Positions 1-9,816 of a stretch of DNA of 64,000 bases are shown in pieces (the stretch's first letter is position 1; every line of letters begins with the position of its first letter). The DNA lies in IMG/VR virus record IMGVR_UViG_3300037483_000594, positions 32,001 through 96,000 of that record, one strand, 5' to 3'. Both the position numbers and the translations under genes were made by a program. This DNA is from a virus. The notes under the pieces are model-generated. The model worked only from the letters and a program-made list of their open reading frames with translations. It ran no database searches and had not been told where the DNA came from.

Positions 1-642
1 TTGGTTCTCTCTGCAGTTCTGGGGTTCCCTGGTAGCACGCTAGGAGGTAGCGAGGTGCGAGTTGATCAAAGGATGAATCAGTGCAATTGCGGGGCGTATC
101 GGCTCGAAAAATTCGACGGATTCGCGTGGGTATGGGCCGCCGGGTGCCGGGCGTGCGACCGTATCCAGGAGTTGGAGGAGAGGCACGCAGCTCACCTGGC
201 GGAGATCGTCGACGACATGGAGATCTACATGTCGGCTGTCCACGACGTAGCGGACAGAGACACGCCCGAGATAGAGGACCTAAAGCTTCACCACTCGCTA
301 CGTCGGGTTCTTCAGGGTGTAACAGTAGAGCAGTGGCGGGATCGGGCTCTCCGCGCAAACTACGAGCACTTGCTTCTCAGAGGGATGAAGGAGCTGGAGG
401 TGAACGCACCTCAGGAGCACTCGTGGGAGTGGTTTTTGGAGGAGCGCTCTCTTGCGGAGATCGAAGAGTGCCGTGTCCTGCTCCAAGGCCACACGGACAA
501 CTATCTGTACGAGGCGCGGCACCGTCGAGTGCTGCACTCAAGGATGACAGCCGACGATGGTGCACTCTACGGCAACCAGATCACTGTAGAGGCCTTCACC
601 GGCTCTCGGTGGGTCACGGTCAAGCAGTACGAGGCAAAATGA
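1..642 (+). CDS. hypothetical phage protein (start may be internal or off-window)
   Basis: Open ORF; stop overlaps next ATG (ATGA at 639-642). Confidence 0.6.
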   Translation: MVLSAVLGFPGSTLGGSEVRVDQRMNQCNCGAYRLEKFDGFAWVWAAGCRACDRIQELEERHAAHLAEIVDDMEIYMSAVHDVADRDTPEIEDLKLHHSLRRVLQGVTVEQWRDRALRANYEHLLLRGMKELEVNAPQEHSWEWFLEERSLAEIEECRVLLQGHTDNYLYEARHRRVLHSRMTADDGALYGNQITVEAFTGSRWVTVKQYEAK

Positions 643-1088
643 CAGAGCGTTGGGAAAGGTTCACCGCGGAGGAGTGGGCGGCCTTGGCGAAGGGAGCACT
701 GCGCGTTGCTCTCGCGGAAGGGCTCTCCCTGGATTTGTGGGAGGCGTACTGTACAAACGCTGGGGCGCGATACGCCCAAAGCTCCGATGCGACAGAGGCA
801 ATGTGTGCTGTTCCGTACCTCGTGGCCGGGCGTGCCACTGACCAGCTCGCGCAGCTCGTCAACAAGTTTCCGGAGAAGCACGACGAGATCTTGACGGAGT
901 CGCTCTTCGCCTACGACAGGTCCTGGGGGGTCGCAGCGCTGAAGAACGTGCTCCGGAAGCCACACAATGAATGGAACTACCCACACTTTTTGACGTACAG
1001 GAGACTTGTGAACGAGGGTGTACTTCAGGAGACCGCGGAGTTGAAAGAGCAGCATCTTTACCAACTCGCATGTGTGGAGGCGCCATGA
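639..1088 (+). CDS. hypothetical protein
   Basis: MTERWERF... start coupled to previous stop; 3' part of ORF 81..1088. Confidence 0.6.
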   Translation: MTERWERFTAEEWAALAKGALRVALAEGLSLDLWEAYCTNAGARYAQSSDATEAMCAVPYLVAGRATDQLAQLVNKFPEKHDEILTESLFAYDRSWGVAALKNVLRKPHNEWNYPHFLTYRRLVNEGVLQETAELKEQHLYQLACVEAP

Positions 1089-1321
1089 AATTTGACGTGT
1101 ACGGAGTCGTCACCGGCACAAAGTACATCGGACAGTTTGAAGCCGCGACGGCAGAAAAGGCCTTGGAGGCAGCGACTGCTCGTGCGGGTGTCAACCTGTG
1201 TCACCGCTGTTCTTCCGAGTGCTTAGACCCAGAGGTGTCCGAAATGTTCGCGGAGGAGATCGAGGATGCCGGACAAGGCGAAGCTAGTGAACCTACGGGC
1301 GAAGGGGGCCCGGTGGGTTGA
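1085..1321 (+). CDS. small hypothetical protein with CxxCxxxC
   Basis: ATGA overlap; GGAGG RBS upstream. Confidence 0.6.
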   Translation: MKFDVYGVVTGTKYIGQFEAATAEKALEAATARAGVNLCHRCSSECLDPEVSEMFAEEIEDAGQGEASEPTGEGGPVG

Positions 1322-1514
1322 GTCGTGTGCAACTTGCGCCCATGCCGGGCTCTCCGGACCGTGGGGGGTGTGTTCTCACCCTGGGCATCAGTACCGGCAC
1401 AGGAAGCACGGAACGCGGCCAGGCCCTGCCTGCGTAGCCATGGTTTGCGACGACTGGGAGCGACGGAGTCCTGACATCAGAGGCGTGTACGCCACGCTAC
1501 TTTTGGAGAAGTGA
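1266..1514 (+). CDS. small Cys-rich hypothetical protein
   Basis: CATCAH...CSHP...CDDW pattern. Confidence 0.5.
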   Translation: MPDKAKLVNLRAKGARWVESCATCAHAGLSGPWGVCSHPGHQYRHRKHGTRPGPACVAMVCDDWERRSPDIRGVYATLLLEK

Positions 1515-1515
1515 C

Positions 1516-1719
1516 ATGTACGAACGTAGGTCTTGGGAAGAGTTCATTGACGCCGGGGTGCTGTGGTTCGTAAACCGCATCCTGCATGTGTTCGGGTGGG
1601 TCATTGTTGTCGAGGGCGACAACGCATGGCCTGCGCGAACTACCGTACTCGGTTTCACCCAAGCACACGATGAGAAAGCATCCACTGCGTTCATCAAAGG
1701 CGTAAAATGTACAAAGTAG
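1516..1719 (+). CDS. hypothetical protein
   Basis: GGAG RBS, tight packing. Confidence 0.6.
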   Translation: MYERRSWEEFIDAGVLWFVNRILHVFGWVIVVEGDNAWPARTTVLGFTQAHDEKASTAFIKGVKCTK

Positions 1720-2285
1720 ACGTCCCGCCGTTCTCGGAGGAAGGGGTGGTGGTCGAGAAGTTTGAGATCTCTCCCGCCGACGCTGCCTTCTACAACATAA
1801 ACTGCCATGGGCGCCCTGTGTCCCCAGGGCAGCACACCCGTCTTGTGATAAACGGGCGCGTGTGGATGTCCGACACCGACGCGGAGATGCGCGAACATCG
1901 GACACTCTTCTGGGCTGTAGAGACAGTTGTGGCTCTTCGTGGAGAAGCACGTGTGCTGCTGAACGGGTTGGGGCTCGGCATGGCCCTTCATGGCTGTTTT
2001 CAAAACGGGGCCACGCACGTCACCGCGGTAGAGAAGCACCCTGTGATTGCAGAAAGGATAGGAGGGTACTGGTCCGAGGTCTACGGAGACAAGCTCACGG
2101 TCCATTGTGCTGACGCTTTCGAGTGGAACCCCCCCAAAGGGACGCGTTACCACATGGTGTGGCACGACATCTGGCAGTCGCTGTGCGGAGACAACCTGAA
2201 GGAGATGGAGAGACTGCACCGCAAGTACGGAAGACGCACAGAGTGGCAGCAGTCCTGGGGAAGGCAGGAGCTAAAACGACGATGA
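1707..2285 (+). CDS. SAM-dependent methyltransferase / spermidine synthase-like protein
   Basis: VLLNGLGLG SAM-binding loop, VTAVE, ADAF, HDIW. Confidence 0.8.
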   Translation: MYKVDVPPFSEEGVVVEKFEISPADAAFYNINCHGRPVSPGQHTRLVINGRVWMSDTDAEMREHRTLFWAVETVVALRGEARVLLNGLGLGMALHGCFQNGATHVTAVEKHPVIAERIGGYWSEVYGDKLTVHCADAFEWNPPKGTRYHMVWHDIWQSLCGDNLKEMERLHRKYGRRTEWQQSWGRQELKRR

Positions 2286-2464
2286 CACCTCAAGAACGAG
2301 ATCTTGTGGTTCGGCTCGAGACCTTGCACGAGCAGCTAAAGAAGAGGCCGCAAGACCTGGAGCTGCTGCAACAGCTCAACAAGCAGGTCGGAAAGGTTCT
2401 CCGCATGACTTGGGCGCAGAGCGTGGTGCGCGGCTACTGCGACGGAGAGTCCCCTCTCGTCTAG
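2282..2464 (+). CDS. hypothetical protein
   Basis: ATGA overlap, GGAG RBS. Confidence 0.5.
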   Translation: MTPQERDLVVRLETLHEQLKKRPQDLELLQQLNKQVGKVLRMTWAQSVVRGYCDGESPLV

Positions 2465-2533
2465 CAGCGTTCACCTGGTTGACTTTTGGGACTTCACCTT
2501 TCTACCCGGTGGTCAAAGCGAAGGCGGAACGAG

Positions 2534-2875
2534 ATGACCGAAAGACACGACACCCTTCGAGAGATCTATGACCTTGTCCGTGGCGGCCACGTGCTCCGTT
2601 GGGGGCTCAGTGACATCGAGCGTGAGCTCTCAACGCTCATCGACGAGGCGCCAGAAAACGATGTTCGTTTGGTCGAGGTGGATCGCGCCGTGGACATTGT
2701 GCAGAAGACGCGCGCGACACTCTCGGAGCTATTCGATGAGCACTTTTCCAAGAGAGGTGACGTAGAAGATGAAAAGGAGCTACGTTTTCTGTGCCGTGTG
2801 CTTCTAGCGCATATCGATGGCATCGCGGCTGAGATTAAAAAGCTCACCAAGGAGACCACTGATGGAGCAGCATAA
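2534..2875 (+). CDS. hypothetical protein
   Basis: MTERHDTL...; C-terminus (HIDGIAAEIKKL) resembles that of the next gene (HMDAIADEIHKL). Confidence 0.6.
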   Translation: MTERHDTLREIYDLVRGGHVLRWGLSDIERELSTLIDEAPENDVRLVEVDRAVDIVQKTRATLSELFDEHFSKRGDVEDEKELRFLCRVLLAHIDGIAAEIKKLTKETTDGAA

Positions 2876-3467
2876 GTTGGAGCGAGTATACACAGACAAA
2901 AATGGATATGAGGTTGGAGTTTCCACCGAATACCGCGCTGGTATAGGTATCGCCTACTGCTCACTTCGTAAATTGGAAAACGAGTTTAAAAAGGTCCGTA
3001 GCCCTCGCCTTCCGTATCGCCAAAGCCTGGATCAGGCACTGGTTGATCTAGACCTCTATGCTACTCATATGGGATGGAAGAGAAAGTACACTGGCTCTGA
3101 GGCACCGACGACAGAGCAAGAAGCACCGGTCAAGCCACCAGGCATCGACGAGAGGCCTGCGTTCACTCCCCCAATCGGATTTTTTCGTCGTTTGATCATG
3201 GAAGCCCAAACAACGACAGATTCGGAAGCACAGGACAACGAGCCAAACCACGACGAGAAGCCCGAGTTCACGCCTCGCGTCGAGGCCCTGAATCAGGTCC
3301 TCGACGTCCTTGAGAAGAACCGCCGAGAACGGGAGTCAATGCTCCAGAAGGCACTGGAGGGTACGTCTGTGCTCACGCAGACCTTCTTCAAATGCTCCGA
3401 CTACATGATCCAGAAGCACATGGACGCGATCGCGGATGAAATCCACAAACTCATCAAAAACCAATGA
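2862..3467 (+). CDS. hypothetical protein
   Basis: AAGGAG RBS before ATG 2862. Confidence 0.6.
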   Translation: MEQHKLERVYTDKNGYEVGVSTEYRAGIGIAYCSLRKLENEFKKVRSPRLPYRQSLDQALVDLDLYATHMGWKRKYTGSEAPTTEQEAPVKPPGIDERPAFTPPIGFFRRLIMEAQTTTDSEAQDNEPNHDEKPEFTPRVEALNQVLDVLEKNRRERESMLQKALEGTSVLTQTFFKCSDYMIQKHMDAIADEIHKLIKNQ

Positions 3468-4210
3468 ACAAGATCATCTACGACGACTGCCTCTTCGCAC
3501 TTCGAGACATTCCCGATGAATCGGTTGACCTGGTCTACATCGACCCTCCGTTCAACACCGGGAAGGTTCAACGGCTTGGAGGGCACGAGTTCCAGGACTC
3601 CTTCGACAACTATGGCCGGTATCTGCAAGTCCGCCTCGAAGAGCTGCATCGGGTGCTCAAGAAGACCGGGTCACTGTTCTTCCACATTGACTACCGCGAG
3701 GCCCCTCGTTGCCGAATGCTTCTCGACGAGATCTTCGGGGTCGACTGCCTTCAAAACGAGATCATCTGGTCCTACGATTTTGGCGGGCGAGGAAAGCGGC
3801 GTTGGCCCGCCAAACACGACAACATCTATTGGTACTCGAAGAACCCGAAGAACTACACCTTCAACTACGGCGAGATCGACCGAGTGCCGTACCTGGCGCC
3901 AGGGCTCTGCGGCCCTGAGAAGGCTGCGAGGGGCAAGACCCCCACTGATGTGTGGTGGCAGACGATCGTTCCTACAGGAGGCAAGGAACGCACGGGCTAC
4001 CCTACCCAGAAACCGCTTGCCATTCTCGAGCGAATCGTGAAGGTCCACTCGAACGTCGGCGACCGGTGCCTCGATGCCTTCGCCGGGAGTGGGACGTTCG
4101 GAGAGGCCGCTGCAAAACACGGTCGGTTGTTCACCATGGTGGACAACAACCCAGAAGCTGTGGCAGTGATGCAAAAACGGCTTGCGCCGTACTTGGGGAG
4201 ACATGACTGA
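3464..4210 (+). CDS. orphan N6-adenine/N4-cytosine DNA methyltransferase (beta class)
   Basis: DPPF catalytic motif precedes YPTQKP and DAFAGSGT SAM motif. Confidence 0.93.
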   Translation: MNKIIYDDCLFALRDIPDESVDLVYIDPPFNTGKVQRLGGHEFQDSFDNYGRYLQVRLEELHRVLKKTGSLFFHIDYREAPRCRMLLDEIFGVDCLQNEIIWSYDFGGRGKRRWPAKHDNIYWYSKNPKNYTFNYGEIDRVPYLAPGLCGPEKAARGKTPTDVWWQTIVPTGGKERTGYPTQKPLAILERIVKVHSNVGDRCLDAFAGSGTFGEAAAKHGRLFTMVDNNPEAVAVMQKRLAPYLGRHD

Positions 4211-4850
4211 CGTCAACACTCTCGCACGCACGTACTTCGGGGTCACGCTCCCTGTACCCAGTGTGCGACTGAAGAGAGCGTACCATCAACAGTGCCTCAA
4301 GCTTCACCCGGACAGAGGTGGAGACGAGCAAGAGTTCAAAGAGATGCAGGCGGCCTACGCCACGATTACGAGCGGGCCGCTCTCCGCAGTGTTCGATGAC
4401 CCAGAGTACACCGAACCTGTGACCATCGACGGGGTGCCCCTGGCCCAGCTTGGGCTCGGGCTGCCCGGAAACGGCTACGAGTGCCCTGCGTGCGCGCACA
4501 AGGGCTACTTACCGCGTGTGCAACGTGATCCTGTACCTTGCCAACACTGCTCTGGGTACGGGGCGGAGCCCTTCCAACGGCAGTTCAAATGCGTGACCTG
4601 CTGCGGCACCGGAAAGAAAGGGGAGGTGACCTGCCGGTACTGCCACGGGTCCGGTGTGCTCAACGATCGCAACCCACTTTGGCCAGGCACCTGCCGTAGG
4701 TGCCACGGCGCCGGGGTCGTGCCTGGAGCCGAGAAGCTGGTGTACATTCGCTGTTTCAAATGCAACGGACACGGGGAACTCCCGACCTGGAACCCTGTGT
4801 TGCAAAAAACCGCTGTCGCGGGGAAGAAGGGGCACATTGGAAGAAAGTAA
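4203..4850 (+). CDS. DnaJ-like protein (J domain + CxxCxGxG zinc-finger repeats)
   Basis: LKRAY...LHPDRGG...FKEMQAAY J domain; five or more CxxCxGxG repeats. Confidence 0.85.
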   Translation: MTDVNTLARTYFGVTLPVPSVRLKRAYHQQCLKLHPDRGGDEQEFKEMQAAYATITSGPLSAVFDDPEYTEPVTIDGVPLAQLGLGLPGNGYECPACAHKGYLPRVQRDPVPCQHCSGYGAEPFQRQFKCVTCCGTGKKGEVTCRYCHGSGVLNDRNPLWPGTCRRCHGAGVVPGAEKLVYIRCFKCNGHGELPTWNPVLQKTAVAGKKGHIGRK

Positions 4851-5178
4851 ATTGGTTTACGTGGCCGGACCGATCACTCTTGGCGACCAAGCAAAAAACG
4901 TCGAGAAGGCGCTCCAGCTCGCCATCTACCTTCGGAAGCTCGGGTTCGTCCCAATCGTCCCGCACCTGTTCCACCTCGCCGACGCCATAGCGCCTCCCTC
5001 TCGAGAGTTCTGGCTCTCCTGGGACTTCGAGCTCATCAAACGCTGCGACGCGCTCGTCCGCCTTCCAGGAGAGTCAGCAGGGGCAGACGAGGAGGTCGCT
5101 CTGGCGAAGAGCCTGGGTATCCCGGTGTTCCTCGCAGAGGACCCAGGCCTGGTGGACAAGCTCCGGAGGCCCGGATGA
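4837..5178 (+). CDS. nucleoside deoxyribosyltransferase-like (DUF4406/DUF1937-like) protein
   Basis: VYVAGPIT...CDALVRLPGESAGADEEVALAKSLGIPV. Confidence 0.75.
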   Translation: MEESKLVYVAGPITLGDQAKNVEKALQLAIYLRKLGFVPIVPHLFHLADAIAPPSREFWLSWDFELIKRCDALVRLPGESAGADEEVALAKSLGIPVFLAEDPGLVDKLRRPG

Positions 5179-5693
5179 GCCTCGCTCGCAACCTCAGCAG
5201 GACACTCGGCGGGATCTGGACGTGGGATGGCCGAGGCTCGTGGTGGTGTGACGACGCCACCCGGCACGTCTCCAGGTGTTCGGCCGGTGTAGACGAGTTC
5301 GACAACGAGGTCGGCCTTCCACAGTACTGGCTCTATGGGGATGGGACCCCGCGACGCGCAGAAGGCTACGTGTTCGCGAAGAGTAAGCTCAAGCTTTGGC
5401 GCGTACGACACGTCGACGAAGGCTGGGACAACTCTTTGCTGTGCCTCGGGGCTCGCCCACAAGACGCTGCCGTGGTGTGGGCGAACGCCCGCCAGCAGCA
5501 GTGCATAGAACTCGCGCGCCATGCCCCGCAAGAGCTTCACGGGCGCTCTGTGAGCTATGGACCTGTTGTCGTGGTGCTTATGCTGGAGAGCGACTACCAA
5601 GCATACGTCGCTGACAAGAGCGTCGGGCGCCAGTATTTTAGAATCCAGGTCTATGGCGTAGCAGTTCCGAAGTTTTACGCGGAGTTTTGGTGA
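5175..5693 (+). CDS. hypothetical protein
   Basis: GGAGG RBS, ATGA overlap. Confidence 0.55.
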   Translation: MSLARNLSRTLGGIWTWDGRGSWWCDDATRHVSRCSAGVDEFDNEVGLPQYWLYGDGTPRRAEGYVFAKSKLKLWRVRHVDEGWDNSLLCLGARPQDAAVVWANARQQQCIELARHAPQELHGRSVSYGPVVVVLMLESDYQAYVADKSVGRQYFRIQVYGVAVPKFYAEFW

Positions 5694-6319
5694 TGAAAAT
5701 ACGGCGGGGCACGATACGAGCTATTGGGTTTGACACCCGCGACGGAGAGCCTCTTTTCTACGTCGACATAGAGACCCTGTCCGGGCGCGTGGAGCGTGTC
5801 AGCACCGTGGTCTCGGTGCTCGAGGGCATGGACATCGTCCGTGGGGTAACGAAGGAGTACCAGGCCGCTCTGGGCGAGGACAGAGATGTGGAGGTGTTCG
5901 TAGGCCATAAGTCGTTGATAAGCACGCTTGAGTACCCGGAAGGAACAAAAGCGGTGCATCTGCACCTCGATGGCTTCGCCAACACTCTCCGGGTGCTTGA
6001 CGCCTCGGTCACACGTATGGACACGACTCTTCGTGAGCTCCAGCTCGGCGAGAAGGCCGTCGCGCGACCTTTGAAATGGAGGGTGGTCCTGCATGGGGAC
6101 GCTTGGTGTGACGCGGCGCCCGTGGCTGCCAACACAGAGGAAGAGGCTGTGCTGCTGTTCGCGCAGGAGGCGCGTGGTTTCGGGCAGCTTCTCCTCGATG
6201 TTGTGTCTGAGTTCCGATACAACGCAAAAAACATTGGTGATGACTACGGCACGTACGAAGTCACATTCAGCGAGGTCACACCGCCGGTCATGAAGACCCT
6301 TGTGCGGAAGGTAGGATAA
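5693..6319 (+). CDS. hypothetical protein
   Basis: TGATG coupling. Confidence 0.6.
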   Translation: MKIRRGTIRAIGFDTRDGEPLFYVDIETLSGRVERVSTVVSVLEGMDIVRGVTKEYQAALGEDRDVEVFVGHKSLISTLEYPEGTKAVHLHLDGFANTLRVLDASVTRMDTTLRELQLGEKAVARPLKWRVVLHGDAWCDAAPVAANTEEEAVLLFAQEARGFGQLLLDVVSEFRYNAKNIGDDYGTYEVTFSEVTPPVMKTLVRKVG

Positions 6320-6936
6320 TGGCTGCCGTCGACAAGTTTCACAGCCTGGGAGCCGGTGCCGTGGAGCGGATACAGGATGGGTACCTGCGTAACTACTTCA
6401 CCGTGGAGGAAGAGGAGGAGCTTGTACAGTGCGGTGTCCTGGAGAGGTGCGACTGCTCTCCGCTTCTCCCGGGTGGAGTGCGTGTCAAGGTGTTACCACG
6501 GGAGGTGGCAATGAGCACAGTAGCAAACTTCAGGGTGCCGGTCGCCGCGAAGCGCAAGCTTTTGCAGACCGAAGAAGAGGCACGCGAGTTCACAGGGTAC
6601 GCTGTGGTGCAACCGCTCGAGCCCACGTTGGCACACGTGAGTGCCGAGGTGGTCGTGACCACCAACAAGGTGATGCCCGGAACGAACGTGCACCTTATCG
6701 ACCAGACAGTGACCTTGGAGCCCGTCGGACTCGTGCGCCTTGCCGACGCACCAACCAACACCTGGGAGACCATGGTGCAGTTTGCACTTCGGTACCTGTA
6801 CGACAGCTCCCAGGCATCCATGTCTGCCGCGGTAGGTGTGCTCCTACGGTGGGGGGTAGAGGACGACGCGTTCTCCGAGGACTTGGCAAAGTACTTGGAC
6901 GTCAAGGCATTCCAAAAGAATGAAACCAGTCCGTAG
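6319..6936 (+). CDS. hypothetical protein
   Basis: TAATG coupling. Confidence 0.6.
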   Translation: MAAVDKFHSLGAGAVERIQDGYLRNYFTVEEEEELVQCGVLERCDCSPLLPGGVRVKVLPREVAMSTVANFRVPVAAKRKLLQTEEEAREFTGYAVVQPLEPTLAHVSAEVVVTTNKVMPGTNVHLIDQTVTLEPVGLVRLADAPTNTWETMVQFALRYLYDSSQASMSAAVGVLLRWGVEDDAFSEDLAKYLDVKAFQKNETSP

Positions 6937-7195
6937 GTTCTTCCGGCGCGACTTCCCAGACACCAGGCACCACTTCCTGCTCGCAGACGAAGAGCTCTTC
7001 TGCGGAGACACCTGCTGCAACGGGCGTTGCGGGATGGCCAGGTTGGTGCGCGTCAACGACCAGGGGTTTGTGGAGACCGCGAACGCACTTCTCGGTGTAG
7101 AAACCGTGTGGTCCAGCGACCGCTGGGTCACCCAAGGATGGAAAGGGGCTGTGGTCGTCGTGTGGTACGACGGCTCAGAGCCGTACTGGGCATGA
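6920..7195 (+). CDS. hypothetical protein
   Basis: Overlapping packing in operon. Confidence 0.5.
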   Translation: MKPVRRFFRRDFPDTRHHFLLADEELFCGDTCCNGRCGMARLVRVNDQGFVETANALLGVETVWSSDRWVTQGWKGAVVVVWYDGSEPYWA

Positions 7196-7941
7196 AAAGC
7201 TCAACGCTAAAGCGGAAGCTCCGACAGGGAGCGCTTGTCTTCCACGCTAACGTGCTGCTCGGTGAGGAAATCTCGAACATGTGCGCTACGCGAGCGTCAC
7301 TAGAGGGCGGAGAGCTCACTCTGCACTTCTGCAACGTGCACTTCGACGGACTGCGTGCACTGAAGACACTGTTCACAGCGTGCAGGTTTGAGTCCTGCAC
7401 CTTCCAAGCCGCGGTCTTGAAGGAGTGTGTCTTCGAGAACTGTACGTTCAAATTCTGCACATTCAAAGGCCGCGCGACTGACATTTCTTCAGCCTTTCAG
7501 TGCTCCTTTGATCATTGCATTTTCGACAACATCGACTTCCGAGGTAGCACCTTCAAAAAGAGCGAGTTCGTGCGCTCCCTATTCGACTCTGTTGACTTCA
7601 CTGGGTGTGACCTCTCCGCTGTCTCGTTTCATGGCAACTCCTTTTCGTGGATGGAGGTGCGGGGTGCGAAGATAAACCTGAACTGCTCTGAAATGATCGG
7701 GTTTATCCTAACCTACTACGGATACAAGTCAGGCGCGCGCCTGGCGCTTGCACGCCAATTCGAGTTCGGAACGGCGAAGCTCACTGGGAAGGGCCCTCTG
7801 CAACAGTGGGCAGTGCGAACCCTGGCCAGGCACACGTCCAAGGAACAGAAGGGGCTGCTTCCTGCTCCTGCCAAACGACGCAAGGAGGAGAAGCTCGAGG
7901 CCTTGATCGAAAAGGTGGTTCGGAGGATAAACAAGAAGTAG
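7192..7941 (+). CDS. pentapeptide-repeat protein
   Basis: Repeating (C/S)xFxx units: CRFES CTFQA ... CVFEN CTFKF CTFKG ... CSFDH CIFDN IDFRG STFKK. Confidence 0.85.
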   Translation: MKSSTLKRKLRQGALVFHANVLLGEEISNMCATRASLEGGELTLHFCNVHFDGLRALKTLFTACRFESCTFQAAVLKECVFENCTFKFCTFKGRATDISSAFQCSFDHCIFDNIDFRGSTFKKSEFVRSLFDSVDFTGCDLSAVSFHGNSFSWMEVRGAKINLNCSEMIGFILTYYGYKSGARLALARQFEFGTAKLTGKGPLQQWAVRTLARHTSKEQKGLLPAPAKRRKEEKLEALIEKVVRRINKK

Positions 7942-7949
7942 GAGGAAGT

Positions 7950-8504
7950 GTGTCTATCCCACCGAAGGATCACGTAGGGCTGGCCTGGAGCCGGGTAACC
8001 ATCTGGTGTCGGAGAAACCCGGAATGGGACAAAGATGACGTGTTCGAGGCCGCTCTCAACGGGCTTTACGAGGGGTGCAAACGCTTTGACGAGACAAGAG
8101 GAGTTCGCCCCAGCACCTACGTGGTGAAGTGGATTGACGAGTACATCAGGAGGTCACGCCGGCCACTGGCTGGGGTCAAGCACGCAAAGCTCGGGAGTGA
8201 TCCGCTCACATACATCGAAGACGTGACAAAAATCGACGCCATGTGGAAGCGCGTGGCTGGGGATGTAGAGACCGCAGACGACCATCTGTCAAAAAAAGAG
8301 GTGGCCAGGTTGCTGTGGGAAGCGGTGCAAGAACTTCCTCCAAAGAAGCGCTACTGCGTGACGCAGTACTTCTACGAGGGCAAGACCTACGCGGAGATAG
8401 GAAGCACTTTTGGCACTTCGCGTCAGGCGGTAGAGAGCCTTATCCGTGGGACCCTACAGTTTCTAAAGACAAAGCTGACGAGGTTGCATGGTGACTTTAT
8501 TTGA
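7950..8504 (+). CDS. sigma-70 family RNA polymerase sigma factor
   Basis: Region 2 (GLYEGCKRFDETRGVRPSTYVVKWI) and region 4 HTH (KTYAEIGSTFGTSRQAV); GGAGG RBS. Confidence 0.88.
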   Translation: MSIPPKDHVGLAWSRVTIWCRRNPEWDKDDVFEAALNGLYEGCKRFDETRGVRPSTYVVKWIDEYIRRSRRPLAGVKHAKLGSDPLTYIEDVTKIDAMWKRVAGDVETADDHLSKKEVARLLWEAVQELPPKKRYCVTQYFYEGKTYAEIGSTFGTSRQAVESLIRGTLQFLKTKLTRLHGDFI

Positions 8505-8706
8505 AGAAGTTAACGGATGTTGGAACTGCCCGTACAGGCGGGAGCACAACCACATGAGCTACTGTGATTTCACCGTAGAAGGAGCGTACTTGATACCAGC
8601 AGCGGACCTCGTGGAAAAATCGGCAGAAGAGGAGCTCCCCCCTCCTCCGCGCTGTCCGCTACGCTGTGTCGGTGAGGTAGTAGTACGGCTGATTTGTAAA
8701 CAATAA
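8488..8706 (+). CDS. small Cys-rich hypothetical protein
   Basis: CWNCPY...CPL. Confidence 0.5.
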   Translation: MVTLFEEVNGCWNCPYRREHNHMSYCDFTVEGAYLIPAADLVEKSAEEELPPPPRCPLRCVGEVVVRLICKQ

Positions 8707-8725
8707 CATCAACTTCTGTTATAAG
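8705..8725 (+). promoter_or_regulatory. putative phage promoter AACATC-N7-GTTATAAG
   Basis: Motif recurs at 19878-19898(-) and 60693-60717(-), and as GCTATAAG at 11811. Confidence 0.55.
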
Positions 8726-8744
8726 TATTTGAGGGAGGTTTTAC

Positions 8745-9308
8745 ATGAAAACTCTAACACTTCTTGTTCTTCTTTCTGTTTCCTGTGCCGGTCCACACCA
8801 GCGGCCCGACGAGGAGCTCCCAGCTCCTCTGGTAGTTGAGTGTCTTGCGGGGGAGGAGAGGTGCCTCGTCCCGGACGCGGCAGTGAGCGAGCTCGGGGAC
8901 CCCAACCTTGTCCTCGGGCAACAGCCCGAGGCGTCCATCCTCATCTGCGTCGGGGACATGGAGTCCCCCGGCGTGTACATCCAGATTGGAGGGAACGGTT
9001 TTCCCGTCTGTGTAGTTGAGACAGACGGGAGCGCGGAGGAGGTGACCCAGGGCGTACTTTGGTGCGCCTACGGTTTGGGGGAGGTGGAGGCGCTCACCTG
9101 CATCGACCCCGGGGCCTTCTGCGAGGAGGTCTCCGACGCTCTCGATCTCGGCTGGGGGCACTCCAACCTGTTTTTGAACCCGAGTTCGATCCCGGGTTCC
9201 TACACCAGGCTCAACCACCTTGGAGAACCGATCTGCAACGCAGCAACGGGTGGCACCGCTGAGGAGGCCGTCCAGGCCACTCAATGGTGTATTGAGGGGT
9301 TGCTGTAA
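8745..9308 (+). CDS. putative lipoprotein, Cys-rich
   Basis: MKTLTLLVLLSVSC signal/lipobox-like N-terminus; GGGAGG RBS. Confidence 0.65.
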   Translation: MKTLTLLVLLSVSCAGPHQRPDEELPAPLVVECLAGEERCLVPDAAVSELGDPNLVLGQQPEASILICVGDMESPGVYIQIGGNGFPVCVVETDGSAEEVTQGVLWCAYGLGEVEALTCIDPGAFCEEVSDALDLGWGHSNLFLNPSSIPGSYTRLNHLGEPICNAATGGTAEEAVQATQWCIEGLL

Positions 9309-9312
9309 GTCT

Positions 9313-9338
9313 GGGAAGGCCCCTTGGCCTTCCCTTTT
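9313..9338 (+). terminator. intrinsic terminator
   Basis: GGGAAGGCC-CCTT-GGCCTTCCC followed by TTTT. Confidence 0.8.
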
Positions 9339-9351
9339 GCCCTAAAGGAGC

Positions 9352-9816
9352 ATGATGTTTTCGGCACTGTTCAAGAGCCTAGAAGCGCAAACTCCCGGTC
9401 GTTATGTGTTCGAGGAAGGCGCTAGCCCAACGCTGAACCGGGTCTTCGCTGTGTACGAAGGCAAGCACGTAGCTGTGCTCACCCTTCGCTACGTGAAACG
9501 CGCGTACTGGGTGGTTCTCCGTAGTCTGCTGCGCGAGCACGGATTTCGGAACTTTTCGCTCAAGTACCAGTTCCCGGACATTGAGCGAATCCCCTACCTG
9601 GTCCAGTGTATCGACGACCGGTGTAGGGGGGTCGTCCGCTTTTTAGAAAGCAGGGGCACCTCACGGCAAGACATCTCCGAGCGCATGAAACTGGCCGAGG
9701 AGGTGTTCTACGTCCCCACTTCCGGAGAGGAGGGGGATCTGGTGGTGAGGGGGCTCACTATGGACCAAGCGGCCGTCCTTGCTAAGACAGTCGCTGAAAT
9801 GAAAGGAGAGAGATGA
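9352..9816 (+). CDS. hypothetical protein
   Basis: AAGGAG RBS. Confidence 0.6.
   Translation: MMFSALFKSLEAQTPGRYVFEEGASPTLNRVFAVYEGKHVAVLTLRYVKRAYWVVLRSLLREHGFRNFSLKYQFPDIERIPYLVQCIDDRCRGVVRFLESRGTSRQDISERMKLAEEVFYVPTSGEEGDLVVRGLTMDQAAVLAKTVAEMKGER

Noticed and set aside
3464-4210. Restriction-modification system
   Set aside because: No adjacent restriction endonuclease; treated as an orphan methyltransferase.
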